The translations under genes were made by a program, and so were the position numbers. A DNA stretch of 64,000 nt from Antechinus flavipes. Lineage: Eukaryota. The first letter of the stretch is position 1, and each line of letters opens with the position of its first letter. The notes under the pieces were generated by a model. That model was not told the DNA's origin, made no database searches, and saw only the letters and a program-made list of their open reading frames with translations. Shown piece after piece: positions 1 to 13,395 of this stretch. The DNA lies in contig NC_067399.1 in the NCBI RefSeq assembly GCF_016432865.1, positions 596,998,001 to 597,062,000 on the forward strand, written 5' to 3'.

Positions 1-227
1 TCAGAGGTTTCACTTAAACAATCATATTAATATATACAATTCATGTGTATATGATTAATGATACTGATACAAATTATATACATATGAATATATCAATGTA
101 TACTTATATGATATAAAATTTCATATTCTGTTAACTTAAATGGGAAATTTTTCATTTTTATTTTCACTCATTTCTAAATAAAACTTGTATTTTATTCAAT
201 TATGAAGGTAAGCAGCAAAACATTCTT

Positions 228-440
228 TTAAAAAATTTTATCATACCTTTTTATTTACAAAATATATGCATGGATAATTTTTCAACTTGACCCTTGCAAA
301 ACCTTCTGTTTCAAATTTTCCCCTCCTACTCCCCACCCACTCCCCTAAAAGACAGGTAGTCCAATACATGTTAAATATGTATATATGTTTATACATATAT
401 ATTAAATCCAATATATGTATACACATTTATTCAGTTATCT
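228..440 (-). mobile_element. 5'-truncated L1 3' end with 16-bp TSD
   Basis: T-rich start and marsupial L1 tail in antisense; flanked by gcagcaaaacattctt (212-227) and gcagcaaaatattctt (441-456), one mismatch. Confidence 0.8.
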
Positions 441-1389
441 GCAGCAAAATATTCTTGAGAGAAAGGAGTCCATAGACTTTACCAGAAGAATCAATAATAT
501 TAAACAGGCTAAGAACTCCTAGAATAAGAATAAGAAATTAGAAAGAATTTTAAAAAGAGCAAGTCAGAGATACCCAGTCACCAAGATTTATAATGCAGGT
601 CTGTATAATCAGCAATAATCAGCTTGTTCTGCGATTTTTGAAAAGGGCAAAGGAAAATATGGTATGAGCAAGTATGAGAAAAGAGATTCAGATTTTTGTT
701 AAATGTCAAAGTTTATTAGCTTTTGATAAAATTGCCATACTCTAAAGATCATTAAATATTGGAAGAAGGAAAAATATTAGGGGTTTGTATGTGTGTGGAT
801 CTTAAAAAAAATATATCTATTTGGACTAACATCAATGCAAATACAAGGACTATCAGAACCAGAAGGATCCTAATCTACCTTTTATTTCATTGACATGGAA
901 ACACTCTCAAGCAAGTTAATGCTTTCCCCAAGGTCATAAATTGGAAAATGGCAGAACCAGGACTGAAACTCAGTTCTTCTCTTTAAAAAAAAAAGATTAT
1001 TGGTTTTGTTTATTTTTACATTGTCTACATTTCCCAATGGAATCCTCTCCCAACTGCTTTTAAAAAGTTATCTTTTATTGCAAGAGTTCTTATTTTTTTA
1101 TCTTGGATATCTTTAGCAATCTAGTAAAGCTTCTGGATCCCGAATAATGGTTTCTTCTCTATCTTCTATCTGAAAGCTAAATTTCAATTAGTGAAAACAA
1201 AAATATATACATATTTTTCCCTTTCCAGCTCACAAATCTCCTGAAATCTAACTCTTGAGGGTCTGTAGACCTCAATTAAGAATCCTAATATAAAAAATAA
1301 TTGTAAAAAAACCAAAGGGTTAGAGAAACTAATTGGCATATCAAAAAAGTCTGACATTGCACAAAGTGTTCCATACCCATGTTCTCCAC

Positions 1390-1970
1390 CACTCTAAGTA
1401 GGGAAATAATTTTTTACATATCTTTGGGCTTAGTCTTGGTTATTATAGTTCCATAGCATTCAATTGCTATTGGTCTGTGATTCTTCCTATTTACATTGCT
1501 GTTCTATTTACAATGTTGTGTACATTGTTATTGTTGTATAGATCATTTCCCTAGTTTTTCTTCCTTCACTTTGAATGAATTTTTATATTTTTCTTTGCTT
1601 CTTTGTATTCACATATTCATCATTTCTTAAGCACAATACAATTCTATTACATTCATGTATCATAATTTCATTCAGCCATTCTCTAATCAATGGATATCTA
1701 CTTTGTACTCAGTTCTTTCTTACTACAAAACGTGCTGCTATAAATATTTGATGTCTATGGGGTTTTTTGTCATTGGCTTTCTTATAGTATATGCCTCACT
1801 ATGGAATCTTTTTAGTCACTTTTTTTAGTCATTCTATTTGCATAATTTCAAATTGATTTCCAGAATGGTTGGAATAGTTCAAAGCTCTACCAACAATGTA
1901 CATAATGTATACAGCTTTGCACAACTCCTCCACTCTCATCTTTAGTCAACTTTGATGATTTACTGATGCT
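1390..1970 (-). mobile_element. Old L1 3' region (ORF2 C-terminus/3'UTR), degraded
   Basis: Antisense L1-type motifs ('ttcagccattctctaatcaatggat', 'ctgctataaatattt', 'ttccagaatggttgga'); boundaries approximate. Confidence 0.7.
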
Positions 1971-2609
1971 ACTCTAAGTGTAATATCCTGATCCAGTAAC
2001 CAATAAATTAATTCTATAAATTTTGATACCCTTACTAAATGAAACCAGAATTCAAAAGGAACTTGTGGATAAATGGAAGGATGAGTCACAGCTTCTGGTT
2101 ACTTATATATTTTTAAATCTGCTGTTTGTGTACTGTCAGGTCCCCAACTTGCTAGAACAAAGATCAAAATCAATAATAAATTAGAGGAAAGGACATGAAT
2201 ATGAGGTACAAAACTCAGCCTATTAAGACAATCAGTTGAAATTGAAAAATGGACAAAGCTACAGCTATTGACATAGACTGTTATCATTTCTTAAAGAAAG
2301 TGTAACCATTATATATCATTTGTCACAACAATGATACCAAAAACGCCTCAGACACTCAGCCAGCAGATATTTTATTTCTTTGTCATGAAGAAAGAGATGG
2401 CAGCCTGTAAGGGAAGCATTAGTTCAGGATATAAGTTCATTTATAATCTCTTACAAAAGGAGGATGGCATAATACTAAAGCAATATCAGATATAAAATGT
2501 CAATAAAACAGTATAAAGCAAGTCATCCTGAGGATGTTAATGTAAAGGTTAAGGTAAAACTGGATGTAGAATACCAAAAAAAAATTGAATGGGAAAGATT
2601 TATGAATAT

Positions 2610-3330
2610 TTTTATAATAAACTTATCTAATCACTATTAACTAACATCACAGTTTCCAAGATACTCCATGAGGCAGTAAAATTGACACTAAAAAAATAAA
2701 TAAATAAAGGAAACAGCAACCAAACCAGACCAATTATGCACAGAGTGGGAATGTACTGTAAAGTTTTAAAGAGATTAAGAAATTAGTTCCCAAAGTATCT
2801 GAAATAAGGGAAGATGCCACAGTTCTGGAAAAAATCATGTATGTTTTTGTTACCAAAAAAGAGAGATTCAAAGAATACCATTTAATAGTGACTCATATGC
2901 TAACTTCTCCATTTCTACAATTTTTTTAGGAGAATAATCTCTACAAATATTGAAGACATACTTGATGAGGGTAGGGGAAGGAAGTAGATAGGCTTCTATA
3001 CATATGATATTCTATAGCAAACAATGTTTTTAGTCATGCTTTTGATCAAAAGATAAAGAGATAATGAAAAAGCATTTTATTCAGAAAAACAAAATGCTAC
3101 TTTAAAGGTTTTCTTTTGACAAGATGTTTCCCATGCATACTTTCAAATAAGAAAAAAGTTATTTGAAAGATACAAATATAGAGAACTTTATTAGACAACC
3201 CCATGATTACTAATATCAAATGAGACATAATAAAAGAAGATGGGTCCTTACCACCAACATGGAGGTTGTTCATTACACAGTCAAAATAGAAGACAGGAAT
3301 TTATTCTTAATCTGGGCCCCATGATCTTAT
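2610..3330 (+). mobile_element. Degraded RTE-clade LINE, reverse-transcriptase region
   Basis: Broken frames give RT-like 'GKMPQFWKKSCMFLLPKKRD' and 'RIISTNIEDILDEG'; boundaries approximate. Confidence 0.55.
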
Positions 3331-4309
3331 TTTTTAAATATTTTCATAACTTTTCCACTATAATTAATTTCACTTATAATCCCAAGTATTTTATTTCATT
3401 TAAAAACATTATTCTGACAATGGGTTCATAGTCTTCATTGCACTGCCAAAGAAGTTGTATACAAAAGGTTAAGGACTTCTGCTACAAATGAAGGATGAAG
3501 TCCTTCAGATTCTGTTTGTATTGTATTGGTTACATCAGATCCCTGAGCATTGCAGAGCTACTTACATGAATTCTATAATCATTTAAAATAGTTCACCCTA
3601 ACTATCCATGGTGCAGAAATAAAGTAGATAAAGAATGGCTACTATTCAGGGCAACTGGATGGACAAATCAAAAAAGTGGTCTTTAAGTTACAAGTTTAAG
3701 CTGATATTACATATTGATAATGAGTTTGATTGGGAATTGATCAGAAGCAGGGAATGAATTGCTTTTGGAAAACTGCATAATTCTTTTGATTACTCCAAGT
3801 TTCTCCCTGAAATAAAGGTTCCTTTTCTTAATAACAATAGTCTTTAGATAATCCCATATAATTCTGAATCATGGAATGCACAATCCCCAGAGAATTTAAG
3901 TTGGTCACCCAAGAGCCGTGGAAAAACTTATAGTATGTGCCAGTAGGCACATACTGCAAGCTAATAATTGAGCAAAAGGAACATAATGACCTCAAAAGAA
4001 GGTAGAAATGGAAAAGAGATTTTTTTTAATTTAAGTGTAAGACAACATTTATCCCTAGTACATTTCATCTCATTGGATTTGATTCATTGTTCTAACTTGC
4101 CATGGACTAGAATCTAGATTGATTTTTATAATGAATGAATGATATTATTCTTTATAGTTATGGCAAGTCAAAAATTATTTGCTACTCTGATTTTGGTACA
4201 CAAGTGGGAGAAGAGAGGAGAGAGAAAAGAGAGGAAGGAAATGGGAGAGAGAAAGACAGAAAAGAGAGAGAGAGAGATGGAGACAAAAATACAGAGGGAG
4301 ACAGAGCAT

Positions 4310-4420
4310 CGAGAGAAACACAGAGAAAACAATGGATACCTTTTGTACGTCATTGGTACCCAATGTGGAGGTATAAAAAGGTCATTAGCACAAAGGAGGA
4401 CCTCCTATGGAGGATTTTAA
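4310..4420 (+). mobile_element. RTE LINE C-terminal fragment
   Basis: Translation 'KQWIPFVRHWYP...DLLWRI' resembles the RTE C-terminal 'NRWT.RVLHWYP...LWR' motif (recalled). Confidence 0.5.
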
Positions 4421-5464
4421 AAGGATCATAAATCTATGATATTTATGATATCATAAAGAGCCTTAGAGACCATCTTATCTAATTACCTCATTTTAACAGA
4501 TAAATAAACCCAAAAAAAAAAATTAACTCCATACATAGGTACCAAATGACAGAGACAGGATTTCAGCTCAATTTTTCTGACTTGAAGAACCTTCTCTTTC
4601 CACCATTATTAATTTCTTTACAAGATGAAAGGTCATGGATGGATTGTAATTTTTATTGTGAGAGAAACTTCCCATCTTAAGGAGAGCACAGATCCATCAA
4701 AGTGGTTAGCCAGCATTACTAATACTGAAATACAAATGGACAACCCAACAGATGGCAGAGCCACATTTGGACTATTGGGAATTTTTGAAGGAAAGAAGTA
4801 AACTGTTCTGTGATGATGAATAGTGATATTTTGAAACCAATGCTACCCGCTTAGACTTCAGACCACTTAGAGGAACACTGATGTTTCATCTGGTTGCAGA
4901 AATGCTGAATGCTTTTAGAGTTGGGAGGGATTGGTTTACAACCAGCATAAAGGATTAGTGAAATTGAAGTTATACCAATAATTCCAACGGCTTTGAAAAA
5001 TATATTAGCCCTCCAGCTACTGAATTTTTCAAGGTGGATGCTGAAAGGAAGGAAGAGTTTATTTTGTTCTGTGGAGCTAGAGGCAATTTCAGCCCTCACA
5101 TAACCATCCGTTCTTGCAACATATCCTAGCCAAGTGGTAATATACTGTATAAAGATATGTTTTATATAGTCTCTGATCCACCATGCAAGTCTTTGCTGAA
5201 TATTGAATCCAACCAGCAGAGAAACCGGTAACAATTTTCACATGAGAAATGTTTCTTTGTTACTATATATACTTGGATACAACCAGCATGTTTTGGATAT
5301 TTGGATATAGGTCAACACATATTGGATGAAGGGAGGGACATATTTTATTAAAAATTTCAATTAAAAACTGTTTTCCCCCCTCCTGTCTTGCCTCTATCCC
5401 ATGGCAGGGTGAGGGGAGCAAGATTCTTATAAGAAGCATACAAACTAGTTATCTTTGGTCATGT

Positions 5465-5712
5465 CTAGATGGCTAGATGGCCAGAATGTCAGACTTGGAG
5501 TCAGAAAAACATCTTCCTGAATTCAAATATGGCCTCAGACACTCACTAGCTATGTGAGTTTGAGCAAATCCTATTTGTCTCGGTTTTCTGATTTGTAAAG
5601 TTATCTGGAGAAAGAAATGAAAAAAAAAAAAACAACATTCCAGTATTGGCCAAGAAAGCCCCAAATGAGAAAAAAATTTCAGATACTGCTGAAATGACTG
5701 AACAACAAAAAA
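5465..5712 (+). mobile_element. MAR1-type marsupial CORE-SINE
   Basis: tRNA-like head, core, 'ctggagaaagaaatg...ccagtattggccaagaaagcccc', tail 'ctgaaatgactgaacaacaa'. Confidence 0.75.
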
Positions 5713-5840
5713 ACATATGGCTCATTCTGTATCTTTTGTCCATTCCTTCTCTTCCAGGAAAGTGGGTCGTGTGCTTCATCATTTGTCTTCCAGAATAATA
5801 ATTGATCTTTAAATTAGTCAGCTTTCTTAAGGTTTTCAGT

Positions 5841-6075
5841 GGGGCAACTAGATGGTACAGTAGATAGAATATTAGACCTGGATATTAATCTTCATGAGTT
5901 CAAACTCGCCTCAGATATTGACTAGCTTTGTGACCCTGGGAAAGATACTTAATCCTATTTACTTCAGTTTCCTGATCTGAAAAATGAGCTGGAGAAGGAA
6001 ATGGCAAACTACTTCATTTTCTTTGCCAAGAAAACCCTAAATAGATTTCAGAAGTATCTGAAAGGACTAAACAAT
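5841..6075 (+). mobile_element. MAR1-type marsupial CORE-SINE
   Basis: 'ggggcaactagatggtacagtagatag' head; 'gagctggagaaggaaatggcaaac...gccaagaaaaccc' body. Confidence 0.8.
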
Positions 6076-6124
6076 GTAAAAAAAGGACTTTCAGAGTTTT
6101 TTTATATTTGAAATGTTGTATAAT

Positions 6125-7250
6125 TTTTTTTTTTTTGCTTCTGCTCAATTCATTTAGCATCAGTTCATACTAGGATTCTCAGGTGTTCTCTGAAACTGTT
6201 CCTTTCATTCTTACTGCACTGTATTCTTATTGCATTCCATTATATTTATATACCATAACTTGTTCAGTTATCATCCATTTGATAGGTATCTGCTTTGTTT
6301 CAAGTTCTTACTACTACAAAAAAGCTGCTATAAATATTTTTGTGCATATGGGTCTTTTTCATTTTTCTTTGATTTTTGAGGCATATGTCTATGATGATAC
6401 ATCATGATACATGATACATGATACATATCAAAAGCCATGTGTGTTTAAGGTGTATGAAGTAGAACTTGGAGTTTATTTTAAGTTGCATTTCTCTAATTAT
6501 TAATGACGTAGAGCATTTTTTCATATAGTGATTGGTGACTTGGAGTTTTTTCTTAGAAAGTTTGACTATTCATATTTTTCAGTCATTTATTGATTGAGGA
6601 ATGGTTCTTATTCTATAGATTTAAAATATTCTTTATATATCTTAGTTTTTTAAATATATCTTTGAAAGAGACACTTAGCAGGGAAACTTGATGCAAAGAT
6701 GTTTTTCCCTTCTAAAGTTAATTGCATTCATTTATGTATGTGTTCAAAAAACATTCTAATTTTATGTAATGAAAATTGTTTGTTTCCTTCTCTGGGATCC
6801 TCCTTATCCCTTGTCTGCTTAGGAGCTCTTTTCCTATCCATAGATCTGACAGGTAATTTCTTCCTTGCTCCTCTAATTTATTTATAAAATCATCTTTTAT
6901 GTCTAAGTCAGTAGTAATTTGGACCTTATCTTGGTGTGTGGAATGAGACATTGGTCTTTAACTAATTCCTACCAGATTGCTTTCTAGTTATGACAGTGGA
7001 TTTTGGCAGACAAAGAGTGTTATGGTAGAATAGGCCTAGTCTGTTCCACTGAGTGATTCATCTGTTTCTTAATCAGGACCAAATCATTTTGATGATTACC
7101 ACTTTGTAGTTTGAGATCTGCTAGGCTTCCTACTTTGACTTTTTTTCATTATTTCCCTTGAGAGACTTGACCTTTTATTCCTACAGATGAATTTTATTAT
7201 TTTTTCAAGATATATTTGATACATGTTTGCTAAATTGAATCCTTGGGAAA
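6125..7250 (-). mobile_element. Old L1 ORF2/3' fragment
   Basis: Antisense L1 motifs ('aagctgctataaatattttt', 'tgacgtagagcatttttcatat', 'tttcccttgagagacttgaccttttattc'); boundaries approximate. Confidence 0.7.
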
Positions 7251-7387
7251 AGGCTAAAAAAAAGTTTAATCACCCAGTCACATTTGGCTTCTAGAAGAGT
7301 TACCTATTCTGGTCATTAGAATAAAGAGAAGTATCCTACTTTCTCTCACCTTCATTCTACACAATGGCAATGCTGCAAGGTCTGCCT

Positions 7388-7624
7388 NNNNNNNNNNNNN
7401 NNNNNNNNNNNNNNNNNNNNNNNNNNNNNNNNNNNNNNNNNNNNNNNNNNNNNNNNNNNNNNNNNNNNNNNNNNNNNNNNNNNNNNNNNNNNNNNNNNNN
7501 NNNNNNNNNNNNNNNNNNNNNNNNNNNNNNNNNNNNNNNNNNNNNNNNNNNNNNNNNNNNNNNNNNNNNNNNNNNNNNNNNNNNNNNNNNNNNNNNNNNN
7601 NNNNNNNNNNNNNNNNNNNNNNNN
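7388..7624. other. Assembly gap (237 N) next to a GA-rich repeat
   Basis: N run; followed by AG/AGAC-rich sequence. Confidence 0.99.
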
Positions 7625-7744
7625 AGGGACAGGGAGAGGGGCAGAGACAGAGACAGAAAGAGGAGAGACAGGCCAAAAGTGTAAAACATGGTGCAAAAAA
7701 ATTCAGTCCAATGATAGGATTGCATTTTTAGAGATGGGGCAGGG

Positions 7745-7925
7745 CAGGAGGTGGGATTTGGGAGATAATCTAGTTCAACTCCCTCATTTTACAGATGAGG
7801 AAATCAAAGTCCAGAGAGTTGAAAAGACTTCCCAAAGTCACATAGATAGTTGGCAACAAAACTAAGATTTTAATCCAGACTCTTTGATTCCAAATTCAGT
7901 ATTCTTTCTATTATACCACACTACC
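7745..7925 (-). mobile_element. MIR-family SINE
   Basis: Antisense MIR core 'ctcattttacagatgaggaaa'. Confidence 0.75.
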
Positions 7926-7984
7926 ACCTAATCAATAAAGCCAAGCCACCATCTAAAAGTACTGAGAGCATCCCAAGGAGAATT

Positions 7985-8390
7985 AAATTCGATAAACATT
8001 TATTAAACACTAGCTATTGGAAAAGCCTGGTATTATAACTTCAAAGGTAAGGGAGCCACCATCTCTGCCTTCAAGGAGTTTATAATCTAGTAAGCGAAAG
8101 TGCACAGAAAAGACAAAAGAATATTGTTAAGTGAATAAGAAGAAATACAGAGTCCTTTGGAAGCAGATGAGGGGGAGAATCATTTTCAGTTGGTAAGGAT
8201 GCATGAGGACTTCACTGAATGAAGCTGGTGGTATTTGAATAAATGAATTGGGCCCTTAACAATGGGTAGGATGCTGGTAAGCAGAGAAGAGGGATGACAT
8301 GCAGTTAGGGAAGTTCCAAGCACTATAAGAAACATGACTTGGTAAAGGTGGGAAATTTGGGGCTGCATTTTTTAATGCATCAAATAAATC
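7985..8390 (-). mobile_element. L2 3' fragment
   Basis: 'aaacatttattaaacact...tctctgccttcaaggagtttataatctagt' is typical of the L2 3' end. Confidence 0.6.
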
Positions 8391-9622
8391 GCATCATTGT
8401 GCATTCTATAGATATAACACGCACACACACACACACACATACACACACCCCTACATACCTGAACATATTATGATGATAAAAAGATACATGTATCTCTCAA
8501 CTGTTCCTTGTCTCATTTTCTTCATCTGTAAAGTTGGAATTATCATCACAAAATATCAGAACTGGAAGACAATTCATACATCATATAATAGAACTCACTC
8601 ATTTGACAGATGAAGAAACAGAGACCCAAAGAAGTGATTTACCCCAAATTTCTCATCTAGTCAGTAATAGATTAGGACAATAACATAGGTAGTCTTCTGA
8701 TTCTTAATCTATAGTTTTTTCTATACTTTCCTTTAATAGGAGCTAAAGGAAAGGACAGATAAATCTTTTACCTCTTCTCTTAAGTACAAGCTTAGTTCTT
8801 AAAATTAAACAGGTTTCAGAGTTTTTTTTATATAGTTATATTCCTTCTAAATAACATCATTGTAGTCATTGTATTTATTTTTTTTAATATGTCTAGGCTC
8901 TCTATTACTATATACCATTGTGTATATTGTCTCTGGGTTTTTAATGTCTATTTTCTTTCTTTTAATGTTGTTTTAGTTATTGTGTATATTGTTTTCTTAC
9001 ACTATTCTGTATTAATTCATATGTCTTCCATGTTTCTCTGAATTCTCCATGTCTGTTATTTCTTTTGGAATAGTAATATTCCATTATACATTATATAGTC
9101 ATTATATATCTTATATAATCATTGCCCATCTGATGGACTTTCATCAGCACCTGTTAGTTTGTTAGGTACTGAAAATACAAAGGCAAAAAAGGAAGTAGCT
9201 CTTACCATCAGGAAGTTTACATTCTATTGGAGCAAACATTGCTTTTATATTTATGCCAAAGAACATTAGCTAAAAATAAATGAATTTATACTTGAAGACA
9301 GTTAAACATGGAAAGATCAAATGCTATGTCAAGTAAGGTATGTTAGTGATTGATTATTTTTCTCTTCCCTTCATCCAAAAGAAAATTAACTGAAGAGAAT
9401 GTTGGGTTGCATTTATCAAGGAGTCTTGCATGATTTAAATATATAAGTGGGGGACATCTTGTTACTGATAAGTTTTTAATAGCTGCATTTTGCCCTAATG
9501 AATCAAATGTTTTAAAAAATTTAGTTAATGATGAATTTCTTCTTCTTCTCTTCCCCTGCCTCCAAAAAAGAGCACAATTGAGTATCCTTGAATGTTTTTT
9601 TGGCTTTTTTTTTTTTTTACAG

Positions 9623-9681
9623 AATAGGTTACCAGATCCCAATGTTTGCAGGATTCTGTATAATGTTTGTGTCTACTATAA
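9623..9681 (+). CDS. SLC18A2: VMAT2 exon 4 (59 bp): (R)[19 protein letters not shown](M)
   Basis: Poly-T tract + ACAG acceptor, GTAAGT donor; translation matches VMAT2 '[20 protein letters not shown]'; phases chain correctly with the next exons. Confidence 0.97.
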
Positions 9682-10775
9682 GTAAGTATATGCTTTTGTT
9701 GTTGTTGTTGTTGTTCTGGGTCCGGGTTAAATATTGGAAGCTGGGCTAGAGGCAGGAATTTTATATTAGTAGGAGACCCAGAAATAAAGGACTACTTCTT
9801 CCAGTGTCTTTTCATCTTTTACTCATTGAGCTCTTAATTAGCACCAAATCATCCAGAGATGGTTTTAATTGGCCCTTTGCCATCGATAGCTGGCCTAATG
9901 TTAACTGACAGCCCAGTCAGTCAGTAACAGGAAACTCAGAAGAATGGAGGATACTAAAAGAATTCTATTACCCAACCATGCACTGAGTCCATAAAAAAAG
10001 AGTTCGTGGGCAGCCAACTATCTGAGGGAAAAATGTTATTCTAGAAAGCATGCTGGAAATCTGAGTTCTAATCCACTTTTGACACTTACTGTGTGATCAT
10101 AGTGAGTCATTTAATTTCTTTGAAATTAAGGATCTCTACAAAGTTAGGTATCAGAAGATTTATATCACCTGTCTCACAAGGTTGTCTTGGGGAGGAAATG
10201 TGCATTGTAAACAGTAAGTAAATATGAGTTAATATTATTAGGGCATCTATTACTGCTGTAGAAATGTTAGCATAGCAGAACACTATTGAATTCTTACGTT
10301 GTTGTTCAGTGTCTTCCTTCCCACCTTATAAGTAACCCAGGAATAGGGTTTTCTGGAGGACTTTAGCTGGTGTTCCACTATCCCCAGTGTCTCTCTTTAG
10401 TCCCATGGATCCCTTGGGCAGTATAGTGAAGTCTTATATCTCTTTCTCAGAATATTTTTAATGCATAAAATAAAATATGTGTGATTCCAAAGGAAACCAA
10501 TTATACTGAAATAGTTATCAAAATGTTTTTTTTTAAAAAGAATTCATGGACTCCAGGTTAAATGCTCCTATTCTATACAGATTTAGCAATTATAGAAGAA
10601 AATTAATATCCCTAAATGCAAGTAAATGAAACCTTGTTATTATTAGCACCAAGCATGACCACCATCATGTTTATTCATTACTTTGAGAAATTATCTCAGC
10701 TTAGACCATTTTAATTCCCAGGGCAATGAGACTAGAATTGTTTTATTTTGTGCCTCCCCTCTGCTCTCTTGGCAG

Positions 10776-10859
10776 TGTTTGCTTTTTCTAGGAGTTACAC
10801 ATTACTCCTCATAGCAAGATCCTTGCAAGGAGTGGGTTCTTCTTGTTCTTCTGTAGCTG
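10776..10859 (+). CDS. SLC18A2: VMAT2 exon 5 (84 bp): (M)[27 protein letters not shown](G)
   Basis: GGCAG acceptor, GTGAGT donor; contains the VMAT 'ARSLQG.GSS' motif. Confidence 0.97.
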
Positions 10860-11720
10860 GTGAGTATGGAAACATCCTCTTAATTTAATGAACTACAATG
10901 TGTGTTCAAACCTCTTCTCCCATCCTCTCCCAATGATTCTCATGTTCCTACTTTCTGCTTGCTTATTTAATTAGTAAGGAATAATTCAGTTCACTGTGGC
11001 ACTAGATACAAGGTGTCTAAAGGCTACTTTGACATAGTACCAGGAATGCTGTTTAATTTCAAGATCTAAATTCATTGAGCTGTTTCTAAAAAGGTCTCAG
11101 ATCTTGCTCATCATAAGCATATAGAAAGAAAGTAGGAATTCAGAGAATTCAGGATCGAAGATGTAAAGCTGGCAGGGGACTTAGTGCTGTGTTTATCACA
11201 TAGTAAAGCCTTAATGAATTTTTATTGACTTGTATATAGACCAAGACAAAGTTTCTAATTGTGAGTCATAATTCCATATGGGGATCTCATAACTGAATTG
11301 GAGAGTGTGAAATTATGATTTATTATCAGTAAATGTTTGATTTGGATATCTATTTTATGTACCTATATATACCTGAAAAAATGCAAAAAAAAAAAATTTC
11401 TCAGGCCAAAAGGGGGCATGAGTGGAAAAAATTTAAGAAGCTCTAAAACTAGGTCACCCCTTTCAATTTACAGAAAGGCCACAAAGGTAGCAACTGACAG
11501 ATCCATGTTGCACACTCAGTTCCTCTGACTCTCAGCAAGGTCCTCTTTCTATTTTATTCTATCAAAATATACCAGATCAGTAAATCAACCAACCAATCCA
11601 AGCATTTATTAATCACTTACTCTATGCCAGGTACTCCACTAGGTGCTGGAGATATAGAGAAAAGCAAACAAAGCATGTTGACTAAAGAAAAAAATAATTC
11701 CCTTTAATACATTGCATTAA

Positions 11721-11840
<120 letters not shown>

Positions 11841-12475
11841 TAAGACTAAAGTATTTAAGTGATCAAGGGGAAAATGATTACCTGAATGGATTATATGGAG
11901 CTATTCCTTTCCCCCTCTCTTTCTCTGTTAATCATGCTGCCTTAACTAGCTAGAAATATACCTTCTCCAAACCTAACTCTAGGGAGGAGTCATTGGACTA
12001 GAGCTAGCTGGTTGCACATCAACTGAGTGCATGGATTTCAGGACCAATGTGAAATCAAAGGCTGGATGTTAATGCTGCTCTAGAAATGAGCTTCCCCGGG
12101 TATTCACTGGATTGCATGGAGGTTGGAGGACCAAAAATAGGGGGAAATTGTTAAATTATGAAGTGGAGCTCAAGGAGAGAAATCCTTTTTCCTGGTTGAT
12201 TGGGAAGTGGTCCTCCACTGGCATGTGAAGAGAAGGTCCACCATGAAAATCGTGTTGCTCCTTCGAGTCACAATATACTAAGTCATCCCTTTGTTGCTCA
12301 GTACTTGATGTTAGCTTGCTAGCTAACTCCTATTTCCTTATAAAGAGAAAGAGAATGCAGAGATTTCCTTCTAACAAGAACTGACTGGTGAACCCAGTAG
12401 ATATAACTCACATTGACAGTGTGGTTCTTACAACCCTTCCTCTTCCCATCTCATCTGTAAGGAGTTTGCCTAGTA

Positions 12476-12719
12476 NNNNNNNNNNNNNNNNNNNNNNNNN
12501 NNNNNNNNNNNNNNNNNNNNNNNNNNNNNNNNNNNNNNNNNNNNNNNNNNNNNNNNNNNNNNNNNNNNNNNNNNNNNNNNNNNNNNNNNNNNNNNNNNNN
12601 NNNNNNNNNNNNNNNNNNNNNNNNNNNNNNNNNNNNNNNNNNNNNNNNNNNNNNNNNNNNNNNNNNNNNNNNNNNNNNNNNNNNNNNNNNNNNNNNNNNN
12701 NNNNNNNNNNNNNNNNNNN
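12476..12719. other. Assembly gap (244 N) next to a GA-rich repeat
   Basis: N run; followed by (AGAC/AG)n. Confidence 0.99.
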
Positions 12720-13173
12720 GACAGAGAAAGAGACGGAAACAGACAGACAAAAACAGAGAGAGAGAGAAAGGTAGACAGAGGCAGACAGAGACAGACACAC
12801 ACACAGAGAATCACTTGCTGGCTTTCATGAATAGAAAATTCAGGATTTCAATTTCTTTAACTCCTCTCTTTTCCTTTGAATTTAGAAATCTAAAAAGCAT
12901 ATCCTTGTCTATTTCTGAGGAAGTCATGTTTTCTTTTATATATTCCCTTGTGCTCACTGGATCTGCTTTTCCAAGTCTGCATTCCTAGTTTTAATATCTG
13001 GGATACTGATTCTCTCTGACTGACCATCCCTTTCAGGATTAGGCTTTTAAAAATGTTTTCAGTTTTTGCATGTATTAGTCTTATCCCCAGAAAAAAAATG
13101 ATCACTAAGACAACTTAAACTTATAAAATGAATAGGACCAGTCTGTGCCCATCCTAGCTAAGTCACTTCATAG

Positions 13174-13305
<132 letters not shown>

Positions 13306-13395
13306 TAGTAGAGATAACAGCAAAAACCATAGGGCTAGGGATCTTCAAAGCTTTCTTTCTAAAAATGCTGTTTGCCTTTTTTCTTTTCTTTGCAG

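Noticed and set aside
4628-4635. NURR1 NBRE (AAAGGTCA) in SLC18A2 intron 3; others at about 4378, 20194, 32275 and 45038
   Set aside because: An 8-mer occurs a few times per 64 kb by chance, and at least one copy is inside a TE relic; no independent support
4851-5234. 127-aa antisense ORF with 'WLGYVARTDG', reminiscent of the LINE RT C-terminal 'W.GHV.RM' motif
   Set aside because: Only one short motif, no other RT features and no splice or Kozak support; at best a decayed LINE fragment, not a gene
6400-6425. (ATGATAC)n short tandem; similar small duplications at about 54560 and 56573
   Set aside because: Ordinary slippage repeats
1-9622. Searched for SLC18A2 exon 3 (...GLLFASKATVQL...TNR)
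   Set aside because: Not found; presumably upstream of the window
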